A stretch of 64,000 bases of DNA from an uncultured Acidobacteriota bacterium (GCA_963838135.1 CAWIPV010000008.1:693464-757463); one strand, 5' to 3'. Counted from the first letter of the stretch, positions 28,183-39,237 are shown. Made by a program: numbers and translations. Notes: a model not told the origin generated them from the sequence alone.

Positions 28183-29307
28183 TTGCGAGCCTTTGCCCCA
28201 GTCGAGCGCTTTGTCCAGGATGTCAGCTCGCGCACGCTCAAGCCCGGCTACGTCTTCGTCGGCGATGAAGCCTTTTTCCGCCGCACCTGCCGCGATGCCA
28301 TCCTCAAGCACCTGGTCCCGGAAGGCATGCGCGAGTTCAGCCTCTACGAGTTCGATCTTGAGTCGTCGTCCATCGCCGAAATTCTCGACCGCGCCCGCAC
28401 CTGTTCGCTGATGGCAAACTTCCAGGTCTTCTTCGTCCGCGGAGTCAAAGCCCTATACGGACGCGGCAAGCATGACGCCGAGTTCGCCGCCATCGCCGCC
28501 TACGTCGACAATCCCAACCCCGACGCGCTGCTCATCCTCATTGCCGATCACATCAGCATCCCCGCCGACCTGCGCCGCATGGAGATGACCGACAAGGAGC
28601 GCTACGAGCGTATCCGCGAAACCCTTGGCGAATCGCTCGCCATCATCGAATTCTCCCGTGTCGAAGAGGGTGAGGCCATCAAGTGGCTCAATGACACTGC
28701 CGCGCTCCACTCCACCAAAATCGAGCCCGACGCTGCCCGCGAACTGGTTGACTCCCTCGGCGGAGACATGATGATGATCTCCAATGAATTGGAGAAGCTT
28801 CTGCTCTACGTCGGCGAGAAAAAGCGCATCACCCTGGGCGATGTCGAAACCATGGTGCTTGCCGCCAAACAGCGCACGCTCTACGAACTCACCGACGCGC
28901 TCTCCACCCACAATCGCCCTCGCTCCCTGGAGATCCTCGACGCCATGCTCTCCACCGGAGACGGCGACGAAGCCGCCATCGGCCATCTCTACATGCTCGC
29001 CCGCACCTTCCGCCAGATGCTGGTCATCCTCGAGCGCAACGTGCGTGACACCCGCGCTCTCTACCAGGTCTTGTGGCAGGGATTCCGCATCCCGCCCTTT
29101 GCCGCCGATGACGTCATCCGTCAGGCACGCCGTTACAAGTCGCGCCGCGAACTCACCCGCGCCATCCGCCTCATCTCCCGCGCCGATGCCGCCCTGCGCA
29201 CCAATCCTCCCAGCAAACGCCTCGTCCTTGAGAACCTCGTCCTCGACCTCGCCGCCGAACCCAAACAACTCACCCCCGCCTGGCAGCAGGAAGCGCTCCT
29301 CGACTAA
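28183..29307 (+). CDS. holA: DNA polymerase III subunit delta
   Basis: 374 aa with an N-terminal YVFVGDEAFF-type motif, located after lptE. Confidence 0.7.
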   Translation: MRAFAPVERFVQDVSSRTLKPGYVFVGDEAFFRRTCRDAILKHLVPEGMREFSLYEFDLESSSIAEILDRARTCSLMANFQVFFVRGVKALYGRGKHDAEFAAIAAYVDNPNPDALLILIADHISIPADLRRMEMTDKERYERIRETLGESLAIIEFSRVEEGEAIKWLNDTAALHSTKIEPDAARELVDSLGGDMMMISNELEKLLLYVGEKKRITLGDVETMVLAAKQRTLYELTDALSTHNRPRSLEILDAMLSTGDGDEAAIGHLYMLARTFRQMLVILERNVRDTRALYQVLWQGFRIPPFAADDVIRQARRYKSRRELTRAIRLISRADAALRTNPPSKRLVLENLVLDLAAEPKQLTPAWQQEALLD

Positions 29308-29490
29308 ACTCGGCAGTTCCGTCCATCGACGGGAGAAATTCCGAAAAGAACCATTGCCCCCAAACGCAATCGTTTTTAGAGCCAACCCGCAACCAGTCAG
29401 GCAATTCCTCCGACTTCCCGCAACGATGTACTACCCGGTGACGGGGTGGGCTTCCAACGATTGACCGAAGTGCCAATCTTCACCGTGTTC

Positions 29491-29522
29491 GCAAACGAAA
29501 ACGGCAGGCCGAGGCCTGCCGT
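29491..29522 (-). terminator. Rho-independent terminator of rpsT
   Basis: acggcaggcc-gag-gcctgccgt hairpin followed on the minus strand by TTTTCGTTT. Confidence 0.7.
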
Positions 29523-29539
29523 CTCTCAATAACAAAAGT

Positions 29540-29812
29540 TTACTTGGTTGCGGTCGCAGCCTTCACCCGAGCCGAAAGGCGGCTCTTGTAACGCGATGCC
29601 GTGTTCTTGTGCAGGATGCCCTTCTGCACGCTCTTATCCAGAGCCGAAACCGTCTCCCGGAACGTCGAATCCAGCGTCGTCTTATCGCCGGAGGTCAGTG
29701 CGGTGCGCAGCAAGCGCAGCGCCGAACGCATACGCGACTTGTTGGCGCGGTTGGCCGCCGTCTTGGTTTCCGTCTGTCGTGCGCGCTTCAGCGCCGAAAC
29801 ATGATTCGCCAT
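29540..29812 (-). CDS. rpsT: 30S ribosomal protein S20
   Basis: [32 protein letters not shown]..., 90 aa and basic. Confidence 0.95.
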   Translation of the reverse strand: MANHVSALKRARQTETKTAANRANKSRMRSALRLLRTALTSGDKTTLDSTFRETVSALDKSVQKGILHKNTASRYKSRLSARVKAATATK

Positions 29813-29996
29813 ACTTACCTATATCCTTATAGTCAAACTGGAACTTCGTCCTGAACAATTCATTCTACGGCAAATTCGCGCTTTGCCGCAACCCGCCCAC
29901 CGCCAGTGCTGCAATTGGTACAAGAGAATTGTCGTCGTATGAGATGATTACATCACGCACGATGTACGCAAATGAGCACCAAAGAAAGCAGCTCCC

Positions 29997-30146
29997 ATGT
30001 CTGGAAATATCGGTGACAAAGCCAGATTCAATCGGCTCCGGAAACAAAAGCTTCTCAAACGCCGAACCAAGGCAGCCGTACTCGCCGCCAGAATCGCCAG
30101 CGCGGCGCCCGTCGTCGAAACCAAACCGGCCCAGCCCAGCAACTAA
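29997..30146 (+). CDS. Candidate 49-aa basic small protein (below the ORF-track cutoff)
   Basis: MSGNIGDKARFNRLRKQKLLKRRTKAAVLAARIASAAPVVETKPAQPSN. A hairpin follows at 30172-30199 (gccccgc/gcggggc). The RBS is weak. Confidence 0.3.
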   Translation: MSGNIGDKARFNRLRKQKLLKRRTKAAVLAARIASAAPVVETKPAQPSN

Positions 30147-30280
30147 GTCCGCAACGTCTCGAATGCACAAAGCCCCGCACGAACTCACTCGCGCGGGGCT
30201 CTGATTTCGCGCGTCATTTTCGCGCTTGGTTCTTGTGCGATCCCCGCACCTCCGCCGCATAGCATTTATACTCAACTCTT

Positions 30281-31726
30281 ATGTTAAGAGTACGATTCGC
30301 GCCCTCGCCCACCGGCTTTCTCCACGTGGGCTCGGCGCGCACCTTCATCTTCAATTGGCTGTATGCCCGCCATAACGGCGGCACCATGGTGCTTCGCCTC
30401 GACGACACCGATGTCGAGCGCAACTCCGACGCCAGCGTCAACTCCATCTTCGACGGCCTGCGCTGGCTCGGTCTCTCCTGGGACGAGCAGTACAAGCAGT
30501 CCGAGCGCGTCGCTCTGCACCGCCAGCTTGCCGAATCTATCTTCGCCAACGGCCTTGCCTACCGCGACTTTACCCCGGCTCATGTTGGCGAAACCGATCA
30601 ATCCGGTCCGCAAGGTGCGTGGCTCTTCAATCCCGGCATGCGTGATCTTTCCCGCACCGAGAGTGACCGCCGCGCTGCCGCCGGTGAACCCTTTGCCCTC
30701 CGCTTCCGCGTCCCACGCGGTCACGACCGCGTCTTGCGTTTCGCCGACTCCGTCTACGGCGCCCAGAGTAAACTCGCCGATGAAGTCGAGGATTTCGCCC
30801 TGCTGCGCAGCGACGGCATGCCGACCTACCATCTGGCCTCCTGCGCCGATGACGCCGACCTGCGCATCAGCCACATCATTCGCGGGCAGGATCACCTCTC
30901 GAACACCTACAAACATCTGCTCATCTTTGAGGCTGCCTCCGCCTCCACCGGAGCCCCGCCTCCGCAGTTTGCGCACCTCCCGCTGCTCGTTGCTCCCGAC
31001 GGAGCCAAGCTTTCCAAGCGTCGCCACGGTCCCGTCGTCAGCGTCACCACCTATCGCGACGCCGGCTTTCTCCCCGAGGCATTCGTCAACTTCCTCTGCC
31101 TGCTCGGTTGGTCGCCCAAGGATGACCGCGAATTCCTCACCCAGTCCGAGCTGACTTCGGCCTTCACTCTGGAAGGTGTCAACCGCGCCAACGCCGTCAT
31201 CAACTTCAAAGAGGATGATCCGTTCGATCCCAAAGCCGTCTGGCTCAATGCAGAGCACATTCGCGCTCTGCCGGTCGAACAGCTTTCCGCCCGCCTGCTG
31301 CCTTTTCTTCAGCAGGCAGGGCTGTCCGCAACCCCAGAGAAGCTGCTCCAGGTCACGCCGCTGATTCGCGAGCGCATCAAATTTCTTCGCGATGTCGCTA
31401 CCGCCGCCGACTTCTTTTTCGCTGCTCAGCTTCCGCCGTATGATTGCCTTGAGCTGATTCCGCAGAAGGGCGATGCAGCTCTGGCCCGCAGGATTCTTAC
31501 CGAGGCGCGCGAGTTGCTGACGGACACGCCGTTTGATCACGCTGCCCTTGAGGCTGCCCTGCGCGCGGCCGCCGAGCGCCTGGGGCTGAAGGCTGGGCCA
31601 ATGTTTCAGCCCATCCGCGTCGCCGTTTGCGGACGCAAAAATGCGCCGCCGCTCTTTGAGACCATGGAAGTGCTCGGCCGTGAACTTTGCTTGGATCGCA
31701 TCGCCCGGGCCATTGCCAGACTGTAA
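30281..31726 (+). CDS. gltX: Glutamate--tRNA ligase
   Basis: [17 protein letters not shown] (HIGH region) and KLSKRR (KMSKS-like). Confidence 0.95.
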   Translation: MLRVRFAPSPTGFLHVGSARTFIFNWLYARHNGGTMVLRLDDTDVERNSDASVNSIFDGLRWLGLSWDEQYKQSERVALHRQLAESIFANGLAYRDFTPAHVGETDQSGPQGAWLFNPGMRDLSRTESDRRAAAGEPFALRFRVPRGHDRVLRFADSVYGAQSKLADEVEDFALLRSDGMPTYHLASCADDADLRISHIIRGQDHLSNTYKHLLIFEAASASTGAPPPQFAHLPLLVAPDGAKLSKRRHGPVVSVTTYRDAGFLPEAFVNFLCLLGWSPKDDREFLTQSELTSAFTLEGVNRANAVINFKEDDPFDPKAVWLNAEHIRALPVEQLSARLLPFLQQAGLSATPEKLLQVTPLIRERIKFLRDVATAADFFFAAQLPPYDCLELIPQKGDAALARRILTEARELLTDTPFDHAALEAALRAAAERLGLKAGPMFQPIRVAVCGRKNAPPLFETMEVLGRELCLDRIARAIARL

Positions 31727-31788
31727 CTGCAGTTTTGAGAACGCAACTTGATTCGTTCCCTGTTTTCTACGTATAAGGAATGTAAGTC

Positions 31789-33522
31789 ATGACCACTTCG
31801 AATCCGGATAGTAAAGCTGTTGCCGCAAATCCCCCGGCTGAGCCCGCCGCCCGTCTCTCCAACTTCATTCGCGAGATCTTCCTCGAGGACTTGAAGACCA
31901 AGAAGTTCGGCGACGCCGTCATTCAGACCCGCTTTCCTCCGGAGCCAAACGGTTACCTGCACCTCGGCCACGCCAAGGCCATCTGTCTCGACTTCGATCT
32001 CGCCGACGAGTTCGGCGGCCTCACCAACCTGCGCTTTGACGACACCAACCCCGAGAAGGAAGAGCAGGAGTACGTGGACTCCATCCAACAGGATGTGCGC
32101 TGGCTCGGCTTCCAGTGGGATCGTCTCTGTTACGCATCCGACTACTTCGATCAGCTCTTCGCCTGGGCGGTGCAGTTGGTCCAGGCCGGCAAGGCATATG
32201 TCGATGACCTCACCGCCGACGAGATTCGCCAGTATCGCGGCAGCCTCACCGAGCCCGGCACAGACAGTCCCTATCGCCAGCGCAGTGTCGAGGAGAACCT
32301 CGACCTCTTCGAGCGCATGAGGCAAGGCGAGTTTCCCGACGGCACCCGTGTCCTGCGCGCCAAAATCGACATGGCCTCGCCCAACCTCAACATGCGCGAC
32401 CCGGTCATGTACCGCATCCTCCACGCCGAGCATCACCGCACCGCAGACAAGTGGTGCATCTACCCCATGTACGACTTCGCGCACGGTCAGTCGGATTCGC
32501 TCGAAAAAGTCACCCACTCCATGTGCACCCTGGAGTTCACCGACCATCAGCCGCTCTACAAGTGGTACATCGAGCAGCTTGGAATCTTTCCCTCGCAACA
32601 GATCGAGTTTGACCGCCTCAGCCTCACCTACACCTTGCTCAGCAAGCGCAAGCTGCTGCAACTGGTGCAGCAAAACCGCGTCAACGGCTGGGATGATCCG
32701 CGCATGCCCACTCTCTGCGGCATCCGCCGGCGCGGCTTCACCCCGGAGGCAATCCGCAACTTCTGCGCCGCCATCGGAGCCTCGCGCACCAACGGTTCCA
32801 CCGACATCGAAATGCTGGAGCACTTCCAGCGCGAAGACCTCAACAAACGAGTCCCGCGAGCCATGGCCGTACTGCGCCCTTTGAAGGTCGTGATCGAGAA
32901 CTATCCCGAAGGCAAGGATGAGTTTGTCGATGTGGCCAACAATCCCGAAGATCCTGCCGCCGGAGTCCGTCAGGTGCCATTCTCACGCGAGATCTACATC
33001 GAGCAGGACGACTTCCGCGAGGTTCCTCCACCCAAGTATTACCGCCTCTCGCCGGGTAAAGAAGTGCGCCTCCGCAACGCCTATTTCATCACCGCCACCA
33101 GTGTCGTCAAAAATGCCGACGGCACCATCGCCGAGGTGCGCTGCACCTACGACCCCGCCAGCCGCGGCGGCAACTCGCCCGATGGACGAAAGGTGAAATC
33201 GACGATTCACTGGGTCTCGGCCAACCACGCGATTGCCGCCGAGATTCGCATCTACGACAAACTCTTCACCAAGTCCGACCCCGGCGATTTCGAAGAGGGT
33301 GAGAGCTTCCTTGACAATCTGAATCCAGATTCGCTGGAGACCCTGCTCGACGCCGAACTCGAACCCTCGCTAGCCACTGCTCAGGTCGGCGACCGCTATC
33401 AGTTCGAGCGTGTCGGCTACTTCTGCGTCGATCCCGACTCCAAGCCCAGCCACCTTGTCTTCAACCGCACCCTGCCCCTCAAAGACACCTGGGCCAAGAT
33501 CGCCAAGAAAGCCGGAGCCTAG
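31789..33522 (+). CDS. glnS: Glutamine--tRNA ligase
   Basis: [16 protein letters not shown] and LLSKRKL motifs, 577 aa. Confidence 0.95.
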   Translation: MTTSNPDSKAVAANPPAEPAARLSNFIREIFLEDLKTKKFGDAVIQTRFPPEPNGYLHLGHAKAICLDFDLADEFGGLTNLRFDDTNPEKEEQEYVDSIQQDVRWLGFQWDRLCYASDYFDQLFAWAVQLVQAGKAYVDDLTADEIRQYRGSLTEPGTDSPYRQRSVEENLDLFERMRQGEFPDGTRVLRAKIDMASPNLNMRDPVMYRILHAEHHRTADKWCIYPMYDFAHGQSDSLEKVTHSMCTLEFTDHQPLYKWYIEQLGIFPSQQIEFDRLSLTYTLLSKRKLLQLVQQNRVNGWDDPRMPTLCGIRRRGFTPEAIRNFCAAIGASRTNGSTDIEMLEHFQREDLNKRVPRAMAVLRPLKVVIENYPEGKDEFVDVANNPEDPAAGVRQVPFSREIYIEQDDFREVPPPKYYRLSPGKEVRLRNAYFITATSVVKNADGTIAEVRCTYDPASRGGNSPDGRKVKSTIHWVSANHAIAAEIRIYDKLFTKSDPGDFEEGESFLDNLNPDSLETLLDAELEPSLATAQVGDRYQFERVGYFCVDPDSKPSHLVFNRTLPLKDTWAKIAKKAGA

Positions 33523-33568
33523 CCCGCCCTCCACAACGCACGCCTCACACCCGTGTCGGAGCGCAGCA

Positions 33569-33652
33569 TTCGACTTTCACGAGTGGGCACAAGTACCGTA
33601 CGATGCCGGTTCCATTCTAGTGCGGGACGGCGCGCGCCATCGACAGGCGTTC
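33569..33652 (+). pseudogene. Relic of a PLP-dependent (group II) decarboxylase
   Basis: FDFHEWAQVPYDAGSILVRDGARHRQAF resembles the D-F-H-K-W...P-x-x-C/G-x-L-L-V-R-D block, with the PLP lysine replaced by Glu. It is only about 30 codons long, squeezed between glnS and the DUF2182 gene. Confidence 0.35.
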
Positions 33653-33655
33653 GCC

Positions 33656-34513
33656 TCATCCGAGCCCGGCTGCTCCCGCAATCAGGAACAACCCTGCTCC
33701 GGCGATGATGGCTCCGATGGCTCGCGCGACGCGCTCACCGGCCGGTGCGAGGCGTTCGAGGGTCATGGCTATCGTGACGACAGCCATTGCACGAAGGTCC
33801 ATGACCCCAATGGCCAGGAGGATCGCCATGAGATTGGCACAACAGCAACCGCAGTGGAAGCCGAGGCGCAGGCCGTGTCGCCATGCGGTGCCGGAGTCGG
33901 CCGAAAACGCACAGGCTCGCCCGGGTGCTGTCCGGCAACAGGCGAGGTGACGCGCCTTCCACGCGGTGAACTGGAGGGAGCCGGCGATGAGGACGACCAC
34001 ACCGACCGCAATCGGTACGGCACGTGCCAGCGCCGGTTGCTGCATCTCTACCGCCGCCAGCGCGACGCCAAGCGGAAAAGCGGCCAATCCGAACAAGGTC
34101 CAGACGAAGAAGTAACCCACGCCCACGAGCGCGGTCAGGCGACCGAGCCGCGTCGCGCCTGTCCTGCCAACGGACTCGCGGTAGCGCCGCAGCATTGGGA
34201 CAAGCGACGGCAGCATCATCGCCGCCATCATCACGAACCACATGCCTAGGAACGACGTCGCGGCCCCGAGCCAGGTCTGTTCTGGCATCCGCATCCATGC
34301 CATCGACATCGACCAGCCGCCGGGCATCGGCATCTCGCCCATCGCCGACATGGATTTACACCGGATGATCGTTACCGCCGCGCTTGCAGCGAAGAGCAGC
34401 GTTGAGATGCCGAAAAAGGCTCGCTCGGAAGCTTGCCCGGAAACCATGCCAGCGTCGATGACGCGGGAGATGACGCGCTCGAGATTGTTGGCGAGGGATG
34501 TCGCGTGAGTCAT
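33656..34513 (-). CDS. DUF2182-family predicted metal-binding membrane protein
   Basis: MPMPGGWSMSMAWMRMPEQTW motif and multiple TM helices. Confidence 0.7.
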   Translation of the reverse strand: MTHATSLANNLERVISRVIDAGMVSGQASERAFFGISTLLFAASAAVTIIRCKSMSAMGEMPMPGGWSMSMAWMRMPEQTWLGAATSFLGMWFVMMAAMMLPSLVPMLRRYRESVGRTGATRLGRLTALVGVGYFFVWTLFGLAAFPLGVALAAVEMQQPALARAVPIAVGVVVLIAGSLQFTAWKARHLACCRTAPGRACAFSADSGTAWRHGLRLGFHCGCCCANLMAILLAIGVMDLRAMAVVTIAMTLERLAPAGERVARAIGAIIAGAGLFLIAGAAGLG

Positions 34514-34688
34514 GATGCTATGCTCCGGTTCCAGCGGCGCGCGTGGATCTTCTAAAAGCTTCGATACTCATCGTGCCGGCGCTACCCACTCCATCGGGCA
34601 GTTCGATCCGCGCCGCCAGCCACTCTTCACGTGTTCCGCTCCCGGGTGAAAAGAGCCGGCTGCTCGAAGGCGAAGTGGTCGCTCTTCA

Positions 34689-35495
34689 TTAACTCGCTTT
34701 CGCCTCTTCGTCACGCCTTCGGGAGGCGGCACCTTGAGGGTCGGTTATGATATCGACCCACTTCGGATCAGGCGAGGCCTCGGCAGCGTAGTTGTCGTGC
34801 CAGTTCCACCACTTGTACGGCGGGGTCTGAGGGTAACCCTCTGGCGAGTCCTCCCAAGCCTCCTGACGGCCGAGCGGCGTGATGTCGAGGTAGCTCCAGG
34901 TAGTCCCCATCGCCTCGTCGCCGCGGTTGTTGATGAAATATGTGCGGAATACCCGCTCGCCGTCGCGGAAGAACACGTTGTGACCGTGCCATTCATCGAC
35001 GCCGAAGTCCGCGTCGAAGCCGCCGGTGAAGGTGTACCAGGGCATCTCCCAGCCCATCCGCGCCTTCAGGCGCGCGATGTCCGCCTGCGGCGCGCGTGAG
35101 GCGTAGGCGAGGGTGGTGTCGCGGGCGTTCAGATGAGCCAGGTGGGTGACTTGATCGGCGCCCAGTGAACAGCCGCGGCAGGCGTGCTCGGGCCAGCCGA
35201 ACACCCCGGGCTCGAAGAAGGCGCGATAGACGATCAACTGACGGCGGCCCTCGAACAAATCGAGCAGGCTTACCTTGCCCTTGGGTCCTTCGAACTCGTA
35301 CTTCTTGTCCACAGCCAGCCAAGGCATCCGCCGGCGTTCGGCGGCCAGCGCGTCACGGGAGCGGGTCAAGGCCTTCTCCTTCACCATGAGCTGCTGGCGC
35401 GCAGCCTCCCACTCCTGCTGCGACACGATCGGGGGTGTGTTCATCGCGAGATGCCCGTTCCCCTGTTCCTTGTCTCTCTCTTTGCTTGTTGCCAT
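34689..35495 (-). CDS. DUF899 thioredoxin-like family protein
   Basis: VSQQEWEAARQQLMVKEKALTRSRDALAAERRRMPW N-terminal signature. The start may be the internal MNTPPIV. Confidence 0.75.
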   Translation of the reverse strand: MATSKERDKEQGNGHLAMNTPPIVSQQEWEAARQQLMVKEKALTRSRDALAAERRRMPWLAVDKKYEFEGPKGKVSLLDLFEGRRQLIVYRAFFEPGVFGWPEHACRGCSLGADQVTHLAHLNARDTTLAYASRAPQADIARLKARMGWEMPWYTFTGGFDADFGVDEWHGHNVFFRDGERVFRTYFINNRGDEAMGTTWSYLDITPLGRQEAWEDSPEGYPQTPPYKWWNWHDNYAAEASPDPKWVDIITDPQGAASRRRDEEAKAS

Positions 35496-35637
35496 TTTAT
35501 TTCTCCTTTGATTTCTGAAACAGACCGAGACAATTCGCTCTGAAATATTCTCTGAACTTGCCGATGCACACCGCTAGAATTCCAACGGTAAAGTGGATGA
35601 ATCTTGAATACGAGCCTTACCGGCAACTGGGATTGTT

Positions 35638-35824
35638 ATGTTTGAGACCGAGTTGCTTCACAGCTTCGTGGCGGTTGCAGTGCACGGAGGATTTACCAAT
35701 GCGGCTAAGCTGCCGAATTCGACGGAGCCGACAGCCAGCGCGCACTGGAGATTCCCTGTCCTCCACCTTCAACCGGTGGTTGCGGAAGGCCGAGTGGGTC
35801 TCTAAGGTGTGGCCCAAGGATTAG
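35638..35824 (+). pseudogene. Truncated and frameshifted LysR-family regulator (HTH fragment only)
   Basis: MFETELLHSFVAVAVHGGFTNAAKLPNSTEPTASAH then continues in another frame as GDSLSSTFNRW. There is no effector-binding domain. It is divergent from DUF899, as is typical for LysR regulators. Confidence 0.6.
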
Positions 35825-35912
35825 GTTGAATCGTGTATAGATTCTTTCAGGCGATCTAGGTACTCTTTGCCTTCGGTATACATTTTGATGCAGCACAGGT
35901 GCACCGCGAACC

Positions 35913-38627
35913 ATGGGACACAAAGATCACGTCGGCGAGCGCGTCTCTGGCTCCATCAGCTCTCCCCGCTCGAGTGCGAAAACGGAAGTGCCCGTGTCCA
36001 CCAGAAACCGCCGCAGGGTTTCCGTTCGATTCTGGCTTGCATCTCTCGTACTCGCCTGTGTGGTGCCGGTATGGATTGCCGCTGGATTCCTCGTCTACCA
36101 TAACTATGAGAGCAAACGAGCGCTTACCGAACAGCGCACACTTGAAACGGCCCAGGCGCTCACGCTGGACGTGGACCGTGAGCTGGCCAATATGCAGGCC
36201 AGTATGGTTGCTCTCGCCACGTCAACTGCTGTCATCACTGGCGACTTGCCTGCTTTCTATGTTGAAGCTCAGATCCTTTTGACAGTAGCTCAACCTGGGG
36301 CAGACATCATTGTGTCAGACGAAACCGGCCAGGAATTGATGAATACGTCGCACCCATTTGGCGCTCCTTTACCCAAGCGCGGCACACTGGCGGCAGTTCG
36401 GCAGGTCTTTGATACGGGCAGGCCAGCTATCGCCAATGTCTACAAAGGGGCTTCGACGGAGCGCCTTAAGGTCAGTGTGGATGTTCCAGTGTTTCGTAAG
36501 GGACAGGTGGTTTACGACTTAGCCATGGCTGTCTCCACTGATCGCTTCTCAACACTTCTCATGGAACTGCACCTCCCGCCGGAATGGGTTGGTACCATCT
36601 TTGACGGCAATCACGTTATTGTTGCTCGGACTCCTTCAGCGGAGCAGTTGCTCGACCCAACCATCGTCCCGGCGCCGAAACAGCGGATGGCGAATACTGC
36701 AGAGAGCGCCCCCCAAGTTGTCAACGTTGGGGGTATCCCGATCTTCGATTGCTTCAGCCGGTCGGAGAAATCCGGCTGGACCGTAGTAGTCGGCGTGCCG
36801 AAAGCAACCATGATGGCGGAGATATGGCGCTGGCTGGCGTTGACTATTATTGGTACAGCTTTGCTGTCGTTTGCAGGCATCGCGCTGGCTTTCGTCATGG
36901 CACGGCGCATCGCTGCCTCCATCCAGGGACTGATCGCCCCCGCCCTCGCATTAGGACTCGGCGAACCGATCGCTATCGGACGCTTAGGACTCGCTGAGAC
37001 CAGCGAAGTCGGCGAATCACTGCTCAAGGCCTCGGAGCTGATTCAACAACGGGCAGAGGAGCGCGCGCGTGCCGAGGCGGCGCGCCGTGAAGCCGACGAC
37101 CTCAAGCGATTTAACTCGGAGCTCGAACTACGCGAAGCGGCGGCCCGGGCTCGAGCTGCGGAACTGACAGTCATCATGGATACCGTGCCGGCGGCTATGT
37201 TCATTGGCCATGATCCTGATTGTCAGAGGATGACGAGCAATCGTACCGCCTCTGAACTCCTTCGATTTCAACCCTACGCCAACACTTCAAAGTCCACATC
37301 ACACAACTACCGCCTGCTAAGAGATGGAAGGGAGCTTTCTCCCGCTGAGATGCCGGTACAGTTGGCCGCCGCAAGCGGAATCGAGATCCGGGACTGCGAG
37401 TGCACGATTGCATTCGACGACGGCAGCTCGCGGATTATTTTCGGCAATGCCGTACCGCTCCTGGATGAGCAGGGCAAAACTCGAGGAGCGGTGGGCGCGT
37501 TCATCGACATCACCGAGCGCAGGCGAGCCGAAGATGCGCTGCGCCTGAACGAGGAGCGGCTTAGATTGGCCCAACAGGCGGCAAGCATGGGCGTCTTTGA
37601 CGTGGACTTGCATTCGGGCAAGCGGACATGGTCACCGCAGATGTTTCAGATTTTTGGCCGGGCCATTGACAGTCCTCAGCCTGGCGCTGAAGAATTGCTG
37701 CGCATGTGCCATCCGGATGACCGTTCGCTGGCCCAAGAGCAACTGGTTCACATGGCGGCTGGCAAGTCGTTGCATTTTGAATTCCGGATCGTTCGGCCAG
37801 ACGGCGGCGTGCGCTGGCTCGAAATCTTAGGCAAAGGGATAGTCGACAATACCGGACGGCCCATTCGCTGTGTTGGCGTCGGTCGCGATATTACTGACAG
37901 GAAGCGGGCCGAGGATTATAGGCGCTGGTCGGAAGATCAGCTCCGCGCCCTGGCCATGAGCCTGCAAACCGCCGCAGAGCGAGAGCGCCTCCGGATCGCA
38001 CGAGAGCTGCACGACCAACTAGGACAGGCGCTGACCGGCATGAAGATGGACCTCGACTGGATCGTGAGGAAGCACGGAACAGGCGGGGACGCTTGGACCC
38101 TTATGGTTCAGAACTCTATGAAGGTTGTCGATTCCACCATAGCCCTGGTGCGGAAGATCGCGACCGAACTGAGGCCCGATATGCTGGATGCACTCGGACT
38201 GCCTGCGGCAATCGAGTGGCATGCCGAAGAATTCCAGCGTCGTACAGGAATCTCGTGCGCGGTTCATGTTCCCGCAAATATCCTGGAGATTTCAGATGAC
38301 GAGAAGATCGCTGTCTTCCGCATCTACCAGGAGGCTTTAACGAATATTGCGCGCCATGCCAAGGCGAAGCATGTTCTTGTTAGTCTCGAACGACAACAAA
38401 ACGCTGCAATACTCACGGTTAACGATGACGGGGTCGGCTTCCGCGTGGACCTGCTCGAACATACACAATCCCTCGGAGTTGCAGGCATGCGCGAGCGGTC
38501 TCTTCTTTTGGGCGCTGAGTTTAGCTTGCAGAGTTCGCAGGGGAATGGCACAACAATCACGCTGCGGATTCCATTAGGAGACGCCGCCACAACGGAACAG
38601 GAAATTCATGAAGATATTGATCGTTGA
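35913..38627 (+). CDS. Sensor histidine kinase (periplasmic Cache-like domain, two PAS domains, HisKA_3, HATPase_c)
   Basis: TM helix, about 250-aa sensor, second TM helix, coiled coil, PAS repeats, ELHDQLGQALTGMKMDL H-box and NDDGVGF/GVAGMRER ATPase motifs. The exact start is uncertain. Confidence 0.85.
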   Translation: MGHKDHVGERVSGSISSPRSSAKTEVPVSTRNRRRVSVRFWLASLVLACVVPVWIAAGFLVYHNYESKRALTEQRTLETAQALTLDVDRELANMQASMVALATSTAVITGDLPAFYVEAQILLTVAQPGADIIVSDETGQELMNTSHPFGAPLPKRGTLAAVRQVFDTGRPAIANVYKGASTERLKVSVDVPVFRKGQVVYDLAMAVSTDRFSTLLMELHLPPEWVGTIFDGNHVIVARTPSAEQLLDPTIVPAPKQRMANTAESAPQVVNVGGIPIFDCFSRSEKSGWTVVVGVPKATMMAEIWRWLALTIIGTALLSFAGIALAFVMARRIAASIQGLIAPALALGLGEPIAIGRLGLAETSEVGESLLKASELIQQRAEERARAEAARREADDLKRFNSELELREAAARARAAELTVIMDTVPAAMFIGHDPDCQRMTSNRTASELLRFQPYANTSKSTSHNYRLLRDGRELSPAEMPVQLAAASGIEIRDCECTIAFDDGSSRIIFGNAVPLLDEQGKTRGAVGAFIDITERRRAEDALRLNEERLRLAQQAASMGVFDVDLHSGKRTWSPQMFQIFGRAIDSPQPGAEELLRMCHPDDRSLAQEQLVHMAAGKSLHFEFRIVRPDGGVRWLEILGKGIVDNTGRPIRCVGVGRDITDRKRAEDYRRWSEDQLRALAMSLQTAAERERLRIARELHDQLGQALTGMKMDLDWIVRKHGTGGDAWTLMVQNSMKVVDSTIALVRKIATELRPDMLDALGLPAAIEWHAEEFQRRTGISCAVHVPANILEISDDEKIAVFRIYQEALTNIARHAKAKHVLVSLERQQNAAILTVNDDGVGFRVDLLEHTQSLGVAGMRERSLLLGAEFSLQSSQGNGTTITLRIPLGDAATTEQEIHEDIDR

Positions 38628-39237
38628 CGATCACGCAGTGATTCACCATGGCCTCAGAAGGATACTTGCTGACGAGTTCCAAGGAGCTACATTCGGAGAG
38701 GCCCACCATTCGCAGGAGGCTCTTGATCTCGTGTGCCGCGAAATCTGGGACGTGGTAATCCTCGACATGGGCCTGCCGGGACGCGGCGGTCTCGATGTTC
38801 TGAAACAGATCCGGGCTGAACATCCGAAGTTGCCGGTCATTATTTTCAGCATGCATCCGGAGGAACAATTTGCAATTCGGGCGCTGAAGGCGGGAGCTTC
38901 AGGATACCTTGCCAAGGAGAGCGCTCCCGATCAAATGGTCACCGCGATCCGCAAGGTGCTCAGCGGAGGCAAGTACGTTAGCGGGGTCTTAGCAGAGAAG
39001 CTGGCAACAGACCTCGGCACTGACCTGTCGCTGCAACCCTACGAGATACTGTCGGATCGGGAATTTGAAATCCTGCGCATGATCGCTGCCGGAAAGACCA
39101 CCACCGCCATCGCGGATCAGTTATTCCTGAGTGTGAAGACGGTGAGCACCTATCGGAGTCGCATTCTTGAGAAGTTGCAATTGAAGACAGGTTCGGAGTT
39201 AATCCGCTACGCCATTGACCACGGACTCGACCGTTAG
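38608..39237 (+). CDS. NarL-type response regulator, cognate partner of the kinase
   Basis: ILIVDDH, VVILDMGLP, and LSDREFEILRMIAAGKTTTAIADQLFLSVKTV. It overlaps the kinase 3' end by 20 bp. Confidence 0.9.
   Translation: MKILIVDDHAVIHHGLRRILADEFQGATFGEAHHSQEALDLVCREIWDVVILDMGLPGRGGLDVLKQIRAEHPKLPVIIFSMHPEEQFAIRALKAGASGYLAKESAPDQMVTAIRKVLSGGKYVSGVLAEKLATDLGTDLSLQPYEILSDREFEILRMIAAGKTTTAIADQLFLSVKTVSTYRSRILEKLQLKTGSELIRYAIDHGLDR

Noticed and set aside
33410-34249. The 279-aa plus-strand ORF spanning the glnS 3' end and the DUF2182 gene.
   Set aside because: It overlaps the glnS coding sequence and is antisense to a well-supported membrane protein gene. Only its short FDFHEW...VRD segment looks like real (relic) coding sequence.
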